Shown piece after piece: positions 28,701 through 39,640 of a stretch of DNA of 64,000 bases. Origin of the DNA: Adineta vaga (Eukaryota > Animalia > Rotifera); the NCBI GenBank assembly GCA_021613535.1, contig CP075494.1, positions 11,718,001 to 11,782,000 on the forward strand, given 5' to 3'. Position 1 is the stretch's first letter; each line of letters starts with the position of its first letter. The position numbers were made by a program, and so were the translations under genes. The notes below the pieces were generated by a model. That model had not been told where the DNA came from, searched no databases, and saw only the letters and a program-made list of their open reading frames with translations.

Positions 28701-31700
28701 TTATCGTCGATTTCTATCTGCTCATTTACAATTTCTTCAAGGTCTATGTTATCTTTCAATACAATCAGTGAATAGTTCAATCAATCAATTTCTTTCTTCA
28801 CTTTTTATTACTGCACAATTATTATCTTTTGAAGATTTTAATATTCGTCTTGAATTAGTAATCAATGAAACTAAAACAAATGCTCCAATTATATTCAATC
28901 GTCTTCTCTCATTAATTCGTATTGTCAACGATGGAAATGCTTTTCTAACAAGATATGGAACTAATTTTAATTATATACTAAAATTAAATGATTTTTATTA
29001 TACTTATGCATGGACAAGAGCTGTAATTTATGACAAGAATTGTTCTTGTGGATTATTATCCAATTGTACAACTCAAGCATATTTTATTGAATCTAACTCT
29101 ACTGATGAAGTGAAAGGATTGAGAATAGGATGTACACCAAGTGAATCATTTCTTCAATCAACTTTAGAATGTTTTTATGATCAATTATGTCTTAATCTCA
29201 TTCAAAAATATACAAATTATACACAAACTATCATACCTCTTAACCAAACAACACGATTCCTAATGAATATAACAATAAATGAAATGATTAAAAATGTATT
29301 TGTTGACGACTGGGAAATATTTATGAGTTATTCATCTTATTTTAATAAATGTTCACCTTCAATGTGTTCATATACTTATGTTAAACAATTTAATCTATTT
29401 AATACAATCACTTTTTTACTTAGTGTTCAAGGTGGTTTGATTATTATTCTCAAATGGATATGTCCTCATATAATTCGAGTTTTATTTACAATATATCAAT
29501 ATCGTAAAAAGCGAAACGTTGTTGTTCACACGATTTCGTCTATAGAAATAACATCCATTGAAAATGCTAACGACAATATTCCTAGTCGCATTCCTCCCAT
29601 GAAATCACAGTCAACAACAAATGAATTAATTGAGTATATCTTGTTTCTATTTATTTCTTAATATTATTATAATATATTTTTATTAGAGTTACTGCTGTAC
29701 CACCCATCCGATGTTCTTTTAAATGTATCATCATATTTATTATATTGATCATTGTGATGATTATTATGATTATATGTTCCATATATATTTATCGATATAA
29801 TAGAAAGCAACTGATTTCAATAGGTAGAGATCTTTTCATAGTTTTCTTTTTTCAATTAGAAAAACTCAAAGAAAATATACAATATGAGAGTAACTATGAA
29901 TTTATCTGATAATACTTTAGTTATAACTTGTAAATATTGAGAATTTAATCGGTAGATGAGTAACTATACATCTTGAAGGTGAAATAACTCGTTGGAAGCG
30001 ACATGGGACTCGAGATGCATTGTTGTTTAGCTACTCACCTGGAAGAAACTGCATCTATTGTAGTGTTTGATATGATTTTTAGAAGAAAATATGAGACCTT
30101 TATCCCTTTCTTTCTATGTCTGAAGAGAAGAATCGTCTTATTTTATGAATACACTTGATAATTCTTTCATCTTTCTTTTTACTATTTTGGTCTTACTTCT
30201 ATTCTTGCTCGTTCCATTGTTCCCCTGATTTCATTATGAGAAACACATGGAATAATGAGAAAGAACCATATAAGAAGATCCAGACTATTCGATGCAACAA
30301 ATATTTCTACACTCAAATATGTAAAGAAATACTTCAGATCTTTGAAAAGTCTATTCTTGTGACGAACTTAGCGTGTAACTATAATACATCAGACTTGGAA
30401 CCGGGTCGGCCGGTCTTCACCGGTATTTTACCGGTCTTTTTTAGTTTTAAAAATCTTTCAAAGCACTAAAACCTGTCTATTTTCCTTGTTTTCAGCGGTT
30501 TTTATAATTTCTATCATTATGGGACATGACTCTGGAAATTTCCAGCTAATTAATTTCTATAAACTTCAAGATTTATCAGTCTAAGATCGAAAATCTTCGT
30601 TGAACTGACATAATAGACTATTTTTCGAAAATATTGATTGGTTAAATAATGTACGAAATGCACCGGTTAAGGGACGGATTCGGACCGGTTCCAAGTCTGT
30701 AATATATAAGTTAATAAACTTGTTTCTAAAATTAATTTATTAGTTTCTTCGACTACAACGACATACAATACCATCATCAACTCAACGATTCCGTCTATAA
30801 CAGCAAACACTACAAATATTCCACGTAAGTATATCAAACAGGTTTTGATTAATTTTTGAAAGCAAGAATATTTGACAATTTTTCTTTTCATTAGTATCAC
30901 TGTGTCAGCCAACATTTCATAGAATATCAATATATGAAGATAACGATTTTACTTATTCCGTATATCCTATTTTTGGAGATTTTAATAATGATGATCTGCT
31001 CGATATTGCTTTTATGTCTTATTCGGTTCAAATCATATATGTGCTTGTGGGAATTGGTAACGGAAGTTTCGAACAAGATAGAAAGTTTTCTGCTATAAAT
31101 ATAGATGGCATGTCAGAATTAGGTGTCGGTGATTTTAACGAAGATGATTATTTAGATCTCATTGTTTTAAGTATGGACAACCAATATCTAGGTGTTTTAC
31201 CCGGCCATGGTGACGGTACTTTCAGCGCATCATTGATATTGACGTCCATCAATTTTCTTATTTCCCGCGCTCTCGCTGTATCGGATATTAATGATGATAA
31301 AAAATTGGATGTTATCTTTGTTAGTCTTTACTATGAGAATGTTGCTATATTTTTAGGAAACGGTGATGGTACATTCAGAGAACATAAAGGTTTATACACT
31401 GGTTTTGCTAGTAGACCATACTCAATTGTTATTCGTGACTTTAATAACGATAATTATCCAGATATTGGTGTTATAAATGTGTTTAGTAGAAGTTTTGGTG
31501 TATTTCTAGGCTATAATAATGGCAGTTTTCAAATACAGATAGAATCTTTCACTGGTGGAATTGATCCATGGTATATAGTGGTTACCGATTTGAATTATGA
31601 CAATTATTTGGATATTATCATTTCTTATCAATCAGAATCTGCTATCGGTATTTTATTTGGATATGGAAATGGAAGCTTTAGTAATATTATGAAACTTTAC

Positions 31701-31988
31701 AAGACATCAACTCTTATATATTTTCCAGTGGTTGTCGTTGACCTTAACAGTGATAATCTTTTAGACATTACATTTTATGAAACTAATCCTTTAAATATGG
31801 TTATTCTACTTGGAGATGGAAAAGGTTATTTTCAAAGACAAATTTTATTTTCAATAGAAACTACAGAAACTTATGCAGAACTACAAGTCGGTAGTTTTAA
31901 CAATGATAAACATCAGGATATAATTAGTATACTACACACACCTCTTTCTATTGATATATTATTAAACACATGTGAATGTTGCACTTAA
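22780..31988 (+). CDS. Large membrane protein: three TM/Cys-rich/TM modules, an extra TM, a Thr-rich linker and FG-GAP/VCBS repeats (~12 exons)
   Basis: The module L.CPC/CSC...(F/L)H(Q/P)VC.S...QSTL.C.Y...C.P..C.Y...GG occurs three times. The last exon has repeated DFN.D...DI..../GNGDGTF motifs. An upstream exon is possible. Confidence 0.75.
26288..26842. mobile_element. Intronic foldback / MULE-like non-autonomous element
   Basis: GGCA...TGCC ends, long inverted arms (~26288-26425 vs ~26661-26842) built of TGATCAGT units, and poly-T on both flanks. Confidence 0.75.
30390..30699. mobile_element. Intronic hAT-type MITE
   Basis: TIR cagacttggaaccgg / ccggttccaagtctg. TSD taatacat / taatatat. 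Confidence 0.85.
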
Positions 31989-32281
31989 AATTACTTAGAC
32001 AAACAACGTCACCATCTTAACGATGAAGATAAAAGTGTCTCATTTGTATGTACATTCACCTTCGTTATAATATGGTAAATGATTTTTTCTTTAATGTATT
32101 CATATTCAAATAAAATTTCATTTTCAATAATAAAATATTATCTTCGTATAAGTTTTCTGATTATATTCGTTTTTGTTTCTAGTTCTTAGAAGAAAAAGCG
32201 AAAAAATAAATACTTTTTCCTCTTATATTAATGACTTAATAATTTTATTCAGAAAGTTTTTCTTAAAAAACATAGCATCGC

Positions 32282-33391
32282 TAGAGTCCGGTAGGGTTGC
32301 CCCTGGTCCCGGTCCCAACGGGATCGGGACACAGTAATTATAGCATACCGACATCACACTTCTATTTATTCGAAATTTAGCATAATCTTTCATAAAAATA
32401 AAAGTAGAAAGCACGATATTAATGAATGAAAGAAATCTGATACTGAAGAAGAAAATGATTTCCTGTCCAGACTATATCAATACATATAGTGATGAGATGA
32501 TTGTAGAATATTAGATATATTGTCGTGAATCACCCTCAAAAAGTCTTGAAATCAGAGTTGAAATTGGTCCGACCGGTCACTGACCGGTTTTAAAACAATT
32601 TTAAACCGACAGGATTAACTGGCATCTTAAGGTACTAATTACCGTCAGGAATAGTGATACTTAAAAAACTTCTAGTTTTTGTATCTGTAATTAGATCTGC
32701 ATCATTTATTGAAATAATACATTGCTCTACAGTCATCGAGATGTATTATTTGATATTCAATGAGTATACGACGTTTATTCATGAGAATATAAACTCTCTA
32801 ATCAATTTTAGACTACTAACCTACAGTTTTTCATATAATTTTACAAAGTATTTCATACTTTTCTTCAAACCACAGTTGGCAACTAAATGTGATTTGTAAA
32901 AAAGTATCGGTTAGATAGAATGAAAACTCAGTGTCTACTAGAAAATTACCTCTACAGAATAAAATGAATACTTTCTGAAATAAAACAATTAGTATGATGA
33001 TAAAGGAATAAAATATATTTTTTGTAACTAAAAACTACGGGAGATTACAGCAGTAGAAAATTTCTGTTAGACCGGCCGATCTAAGCAATTGAACTGGTCT
33101 GGCTCGATTTTGCCGGACCGATTCCAACTCTGTTTGAAATATTTTATCTGTCTCAAATAATAACATGCGTCGCAAAACCGAATAATTTGAGATAGTATTT
33201 GACTGATCGAATTCAGAGTATTAGTATACACACGTCAAGTTTATTCTTTCACCAACAAATATAAGACTGGAATGAAATACTATCGATTTATATTTCATTA
33301 CACGTGCTATCTGAAAAAGTTTTCAAGCTCACTCAGAAAAGTTGAGACTAAACGGGACCGGGACGAAAAACCCTGACCCCGCCGTACTCTA
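32282..33391. mobile_element. hAT-type non-autonomous element hosting a nested MITE
   Basis: tagagtccggtagggtt / accccgccgtactcta ends with CGGGAC/GTCCC subterminal repeats. TSD not convincing. Confidence 0.6.
32553..33132. mobile_element. Nested hAT-type MITE
   Basis: TIR cagagttgaaattggtccg / cggaccgattccaactctg. TSD cttgaaat / tttgaaat. Confidence 0.8.
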
Positions 33392-33519
33392 GCACCCTCG
33401 CCTTCAACCTCACTCTAAGTAACTTTTTGTTCTTTTAATTTTGAGCAGTAGTGTGTATAGTATCTACTATTGACTTCCGTGAGATCCAATGTTATCTTTA
33501 CAGCAATATAAACCGATCA

Positions 33520-34260
33520 GTCTGTCTACTCCTCTTTCTGTTAGACAAAAATTCGAGTAATCAGTCGATCGAAGATCACGTGACAAATGAGTAATTAAGA
33601 GCAGGCTTCTTCACACTTTCCTTGATTACTTCAAAGAAAAAGCTATGAGTAGATCAGATGATCATATGGTTACATGGTACATAAATGTTTCATAGGATGA
33701 TTCAGTTCATCAATTTTCTCATTTGAGAGCGTAGATGAACAACTATTGCATTAATCACAGACCGCACGGTAAATAAATATATCTTAGGATAAGGTGTCCG
33801 AAAATAATGACCAAGAAGATACTGTTCACCTTCTTTGCTCACTATGAAGCAAAGATTTTGATTAGGTCAGCTGATCAAGAAGCATATGGTAAATAAATAC
33901 TTCATAGTATCATAGTTCTATTCACCTAATCTTCTTATTGTTAAGTACATGTTATCTGTTAGTCACCTGATTTAAGACTACATGGTGACTCAATACTTAT
34001 AACCATTATAGTTTCATCTACCTACTTCGTTCACTTCAAAGCAGAGATTTCGATTTACTCGGTATGCTAAAGATCACACGACTAATGAATAATTGTAACC
34101 GACAATACATTTATATTCAATTAGCTTGCTCATCCGAAACAAAAATTGTAATTCAGCCAACTGTTACAAAAACACATGACAAGTAGATACCTAGCACGAT
34201 AAGTCTAATGATTATTTTCACCTATTTCATTAGTTTGAAGCAAAGATTACGCACTGACCT
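33520..34260 (+). repeat. Degenerate tandem array, ~8 units of 92-120 bp
   Basis: Recurring TTCAC...GAAGCAAAGAT...AAGAyCACATGGTAAATAAATAC-like unit. Cores start at ~33545, 33637, 33730, 33850, 33946, 34042, 34140 and 34241. Confidence 0.7.
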
Positions 34261-34267
34261 ACTAGTA

Positions 34268-34800
34268 TACACTTGGACCATTTATGGAAATGATGAAGAT
34301 GCTTTATATGACGAATTAAAAAAGATCACATCAAATAATATCTATTATTTAATAGAATAATACCAGCAACATCTTGAGGTGATGTTTTACAACGTTTAAA
34401 ACCTGAAATAATAAAAAATATTCGTCTTTTTGCAATGGGTGGATCAATTTATGTTGAATTCATCTTGGACTTATTTTGGATTAGCATCATTAGATACAAC
34501 TATTTTTATGCAGTTTAATGATCTTGTATAGCAAGAATTTCTTTCCTATCGTAGTAAAAATTAACATGTATACTTAATTCTTGATTCATATACGATTTGA
34601 TATAATAATGGTGGAAAACATGCTGGTAGTTTACAACCATTTAATCCTAATATAGGTACAAGTACAATGTATGATGTTTTAGCCGCTATTCTAAGTTTAT
34701 ATCATTCGAAAACAATTATAATGATAACAAATGACGGCTATACTCAAATTAATGCTACACAAGAACAACCAGTGCAATCAACAGTGATGTTTCAATGTTA
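34268..34800 (+). pseudogene. Probable inosine-uridine nucleoside hydrolase remnant
   Basis: Fragments TLGP, KNIRLFAMGGSIY, ASLDTT, MYDVLAA and ITNDGYT appear in the family's order, with stops and frameshifts. Confidence 0.5.
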
Positions 34801-35557
34801 ATGCTTGATGTTGTTGTGTTGTATTCGATTATGTCTTCTTAAATAATCTTCAAATAAACCATTTTTGAGGTTTTTCTGCTTCTTTTCATAAAAGTTGATG
34901 TATAATCATATAACAATACCATATTCTTTATGATAACCACGAATAAATTTGCGATAAACTTATATTTTTTTACATTATCTGTTTTTTGAAAACTGCTGTT
35001 ACCGCGCCGCTATGGACATCTCTAATGAGAAACATTATGCGAATATTTTTGTTGATTGAGATAAACGATCGTGTAAACTTATCAGATGACGTGATGTTAG
35101 TTCCTTCGCAATTAAATGAGTACATAAACGTGCTTTTTCTTCATCAACAATTATTTTATAATTATAGTTTTTATATTTCATAATATAAGAGCTTAATTAA
35201 CAAACATATCTACTAAATTTTCGGTGTTCAGAATCAGCTTTCAGGATTTTTAGCTTAGTTTCTTTTTATAACATTTTAAACCATACTTTTTCGTTTTTTT
35301 GGTTGAAAAAACAAACAAAAACAATTTCGACTATCACCAGCGTATCGTTCAAAAGTTTCAATATTAATCATATTTCTCATTGTCAAAGAACTAAAGTTTA
35401 TTTTAAGGCTTTTTTAATGAGGTAAAGGAAACACAACTCATGTGCTCACTATCCCAGTTTGTGTTCCGTTGTTAAAGATTAGATAGATAATTTAAACATT
35501 TATTACTTTCTATTATTTGATGCACACTAGTTATTTTCATCCATTTAACATTCAAAG

Positions 35558-35990
35558 ATGAACTCGACGACCGTATTATTAGAATCATGGTTTATTCCTA
35601 TTGAAATTATCAAAAATATTTGTAATAGTTTAACAATTATCTTCTGCATTTTATTTCTATGTTTGATTTTATTCGATAAAACATGTCATACTGTACCAAT
35701 GATCTTAACTGCTAATACATGTTTTTCTACACTTGTTTTCGCATGTATTATGTTTAGTATAAGTTTTGTTACACTTCAGAATGATTTAAATCAAATATTT
35801 TATCAAGATTCATTATGTATTAGTCGATGTTATATCAGTCATATTTCAGGATTTTGGCTTAGTTGTTCATTTCTAATTGAAGCATTGTATCGATATATGA
35901 TTGTTATTTATCCTACGCGATTATTCTATCAAACAATTAAGTTTCAAATCGTTATTATTTGTTCATCATGGATTATTGGTATTATATATC
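35558..35990 (+). pseudogene. Truncated rhodopsin-like 7TM GPCR (TM1-TM4 only)
   Basis: Four hydrophobic helices, Cys before TM3 and an ALYRY motif. Coding similarity stops at a CACTA terminus. Confidence 0.7.
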
Positions 35991-36500
35991 CACTAGCGGA
36001 GATACCCGCTGCAAAAACGACACAATTTACGTTTTTCACCTACAGCAGTGCTTTTCTTATCACCCACAGGACCTCTCCGTTCGTATTTATCCGTCGTGTA
36101 TCAAAAAATCCTCACACCCTACTTTTCCACCCTGACTTAGTTAGTGTAATCTTTCAGCTCGTCACTCAGCGTACGTTACCTGTCCCCACACGTCTTTGTT
36201 CTCCGTACTGAGATCCTTCCTATATCCCTTTTCGGGTCATGCACCAGGTCTTTTTTTCAGAACTTCGCAACGCTTCATAGTTCTTTCCTACTGATTTTAT
36301 CTCGCTATGTATACGACATACAGCTCTGTTCCTCTTAAATCCACTCCTACTGTCCCGCTGCAACTCCAGTCCCATTCTATACCCACTGTCCCGCTGCAAC
36401 TCAAGTCCCATTCTACACCCACTGTCCCGCTGCAAGTCATTCTCTACTTTATAAACTTCACTTCTACTCTATACAGGTAGAGTAGTCATTTCACTCCAGA
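35991..36500. mobile_element. CACTA/EnSpm-like element end (one terminus only)
   Basis: Starts CACTAG at the GPCR breakpoint, with a compositional shift and ~36-bp tandem repeats at ~36349-36435. The second TIR was not found and the right limit is approximate. Confidence 0.45.
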
Positions 36501-36864
36501 TTCAGTTTTTTTGAGAACCTAACCCACGCTTTGTAGTTGTCTATCCTGGATGCAGACACCCACACCCTCAAGATGGCTTCTTAATTTTACTTTGCAGAAA
36601 AATCTTAGAAAGTAAATAGATGGAAATAATACATATTAGAGCTCCCAGAAAGTGGCAAGACATTTGATGCTATTACAGTGTATAACTTTTGATGATGATT
36701 TGATGAATCATCGCCTTAAGCTTCCGTACCAGGATGGTAGACACTAATATTCAAGCTGCACAATAAAATTAAACAGTTTCTATATTATGATGAATACATT
36801 ATATTAGTCCATAAATATGTTTAGTAAAAATGGGGCACAACAACTGTTGAAAGAAAAGCGCTTT

Positions 36865-39236
36865 CTATTCACTAGGTCCACTATGTTCATCCATCATAGA
36901 TCGAAAACGACATAGTTCGATCAGAGATATGTTTTGATTTGTTAGTCGTAATGAATCCTGTTGAAGTAATGATAGAATCTGTTGTGTATCACCTGCTTTT
37001 ATATAGCTGTGAAGATAAACTAAACTTCGACCATCACACCCATCTAGAAGCCGAAGTATCTGGACGAGTCTATGCTCAGTCAGCCATTGTTGGACTTGGA
37101 ATTGTGACCATGCTGAAATCTTTCGAGACGAAGATGTCCCGGTCGTTCGAGCCTCTTCAATGTGAATGTTCACTGTCGATTGGATAGGTGCGGTGTTGGT
37201 TTCATGGTTATCGTTGGCTCTGAGTTCTTTCATCAACATTTCCATTGCACGATCAAAGTCATATTTTGTAAAGTCAACATACAATAGTTGACCGATCAGA
37301 AATAACAACCAACCATCGGGTTTGTAATGCTTTTGCATGAGAACAGGAACAATTTGACGTTGTCGTTGAAATGCATAATGTGCTTCTGCTCGACAAAAGT
37401 TACTCTTTCGATATTGTTCACTCATACAGATAATGATTGTTTGTGATCGATCGATGGCTTGTGCCATTGCATCCATGACATTACCATGCATTTGATCAAA
37501 GTCGATCCATACTCGATAGTTTCGTCGAATGAGTTCATCATAGAGCTGTTTACAAAGTACTTTATCTTTGTGCGAATAGCTGATCATGAAATCGAAAGTG
37601 TCTTTGGGTGAGATGTCGTCATTGTTAGGATGATGCTGTTGATTGATCTGGAGATTCCAAAGAATACCAGTGGTTGCTTTTCGTATCTGTTCATCATCCG
37701 ATTGTTTTGACAAGTGAGATAATTTCTCGATGAATGTTGAATTGGAAAGAAGTTGTTGTTGAATATCATGATTGAATGAAAGTGCCCAGATAATATCGAA
37801 AACAATTGGATATTGGTCAGACATATCAATAATAAGTATTAGTTTATTTGAATATGCCGTTCTTTCTTGTATACTATCATTTTTTGATAAAATTTGAAAA
37901 CCTAGAACCAAATAGAAAATTCATTTCAATCTATATTGATAGAAAAATAGTTATCAATGTATATATGTTGCAATTCGGTGTACATTTTTAAAGATCAAGT
38001 ACCTTTTAACATATATTCTAGTGGTATTTGTCGAAACACTTTCGATACACATTTCCATGCTTCTTCCATTATTTGAAAGAAATAATCATTAATATTATCA
38101 GCAATCTTTAAATCTTTCAATTGATCCTCTGAAAGAGTTTCACCAAGTATGCAATATCCACATAAACAAACTTCATCATTTAGTGCAAGTTCAGCCACAG
38201 ATACGATTGTGTCTCGTACAGTAGTATTTGAACGAAAGAACCAATTTACGTTCTGACTTTGAACGATAGTTAATAAAATCATCAAAATTGAATCGATTAA
38301 AGTTGTTTCATCATTTGATCGGATGGATTTTGTTTGACCATAAAATTGTTTATGAGCAATAATACGAATAAGATCTTCTATGTGATTACATGTAATTTGT
38401 TCCGTTGGAAAAATGATTTTTAAGTGTGTTCGTTGTTTTCCATCCCACCAAAAACATTCGGAAAGCAAGCCAGTAAGCTGTGCAATACATCCAAGTAAAT
38501 TTTTATTCCACGACTTTACGGTATGACTATGAAAACGGATGATTTCCAGATAATCATCGTAGAGAAAAGAAATCATTTGATCGGCAGTGTATGGAAAAGA
38601 AGAAAGTTTTCTAATCTTGTAAGTATATGTATAAAATGTGCATGTTTTCAAATAAAACAACAATTTGCTTGTGAACATCGACTCTGACAAATGTAATTGC
38701 CGAAGTTGGGTGAGATAAAACTTATGCGTTTCGTTCATGATACAATTGTGGATGATATATTGATCAATATGATCAACAACGGATGGCACGTTATGTTGTG
38801 GATTTTCATAAAGAAAATACGAGTAATTATCGAGCCAAAGACTAACAAAGGTAATAAATAAATCATTCTGATCGTTTGTTTCATCGATTTGTCTGCATAT
38901 AGATTTAATTTGATCAACAGTTACACAGAAAAGAAGTGTTGTCTTATGAGTAGCGTCAATATCATCATTATTGAAAATAAGTTTCTTATTGAAGATTGCA
39001 ACATTATGAAATAATTCCACATATGAATATTCTTCCAATCGTTGGCGATCATTTTCACTCAATAGTTTCCACATCCACCTTTCCACAATCAACAATGATT
39101 CATATGATTGATTAATAAATGATGACAATGACTCGTCAGTTTGTTGTTTAAAAATTAGGTTTAATTGTTGAATAGTGTCGATTGAGATATGACATGCTTC
39201 CAACGATGAAACAAGTTCATTAAAAGTATTATTCAT
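36865..39236 (-). CDS. ARM-like/TIR/SAM protein, copy A (exons 39236-38003, 37901-36865)
   Basis: ARM-like IIWALSF...ATTGILWNL; TIR FDFMISYSH...VWID...SNFCRAEAHYA; SAM-like WSQFQVQQWL...DGRSL. Confidence 0.85.
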
Positions 39237-39640
39237 CGTCTTTCGTTCTTTCTGAAATGGTATCATATAATGTGTCTCAAATAAATATATTAGTTTCATC
39301 GATATTTGTGCATATGAATATTATTTTTACTTTCGTCATTTTGACTACAATTATACATGCGCATTACCTGTCACTCGATATTTCTGTCAACATATTATCG
39401 ATCTTCGAGCACTATTTGGAATACGATTGACGAACATTCTTTCTTTTTTTCATTCATCAAAAAAGACTCTTATGTCGTCATACGACATTCATTTGTATTA
39501 GTCTTATACATAAAATGACGATTGAATTGAATAAATTAAAAAGAATGACACAGTTTTTCTGTATACTTTGTTTGAATACTGACGTCATTTCGAAAAGAGA
39601 GAAACATTTTGATGTTGTATAGAAAACTAAGATTATCAAT

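Noticed and set aside
33520-34260. CRISPR array
   Set aside because: Eukaryotic context, no cas genes, and the units are degenerate throughout rather than identical repeats with unique spacers.
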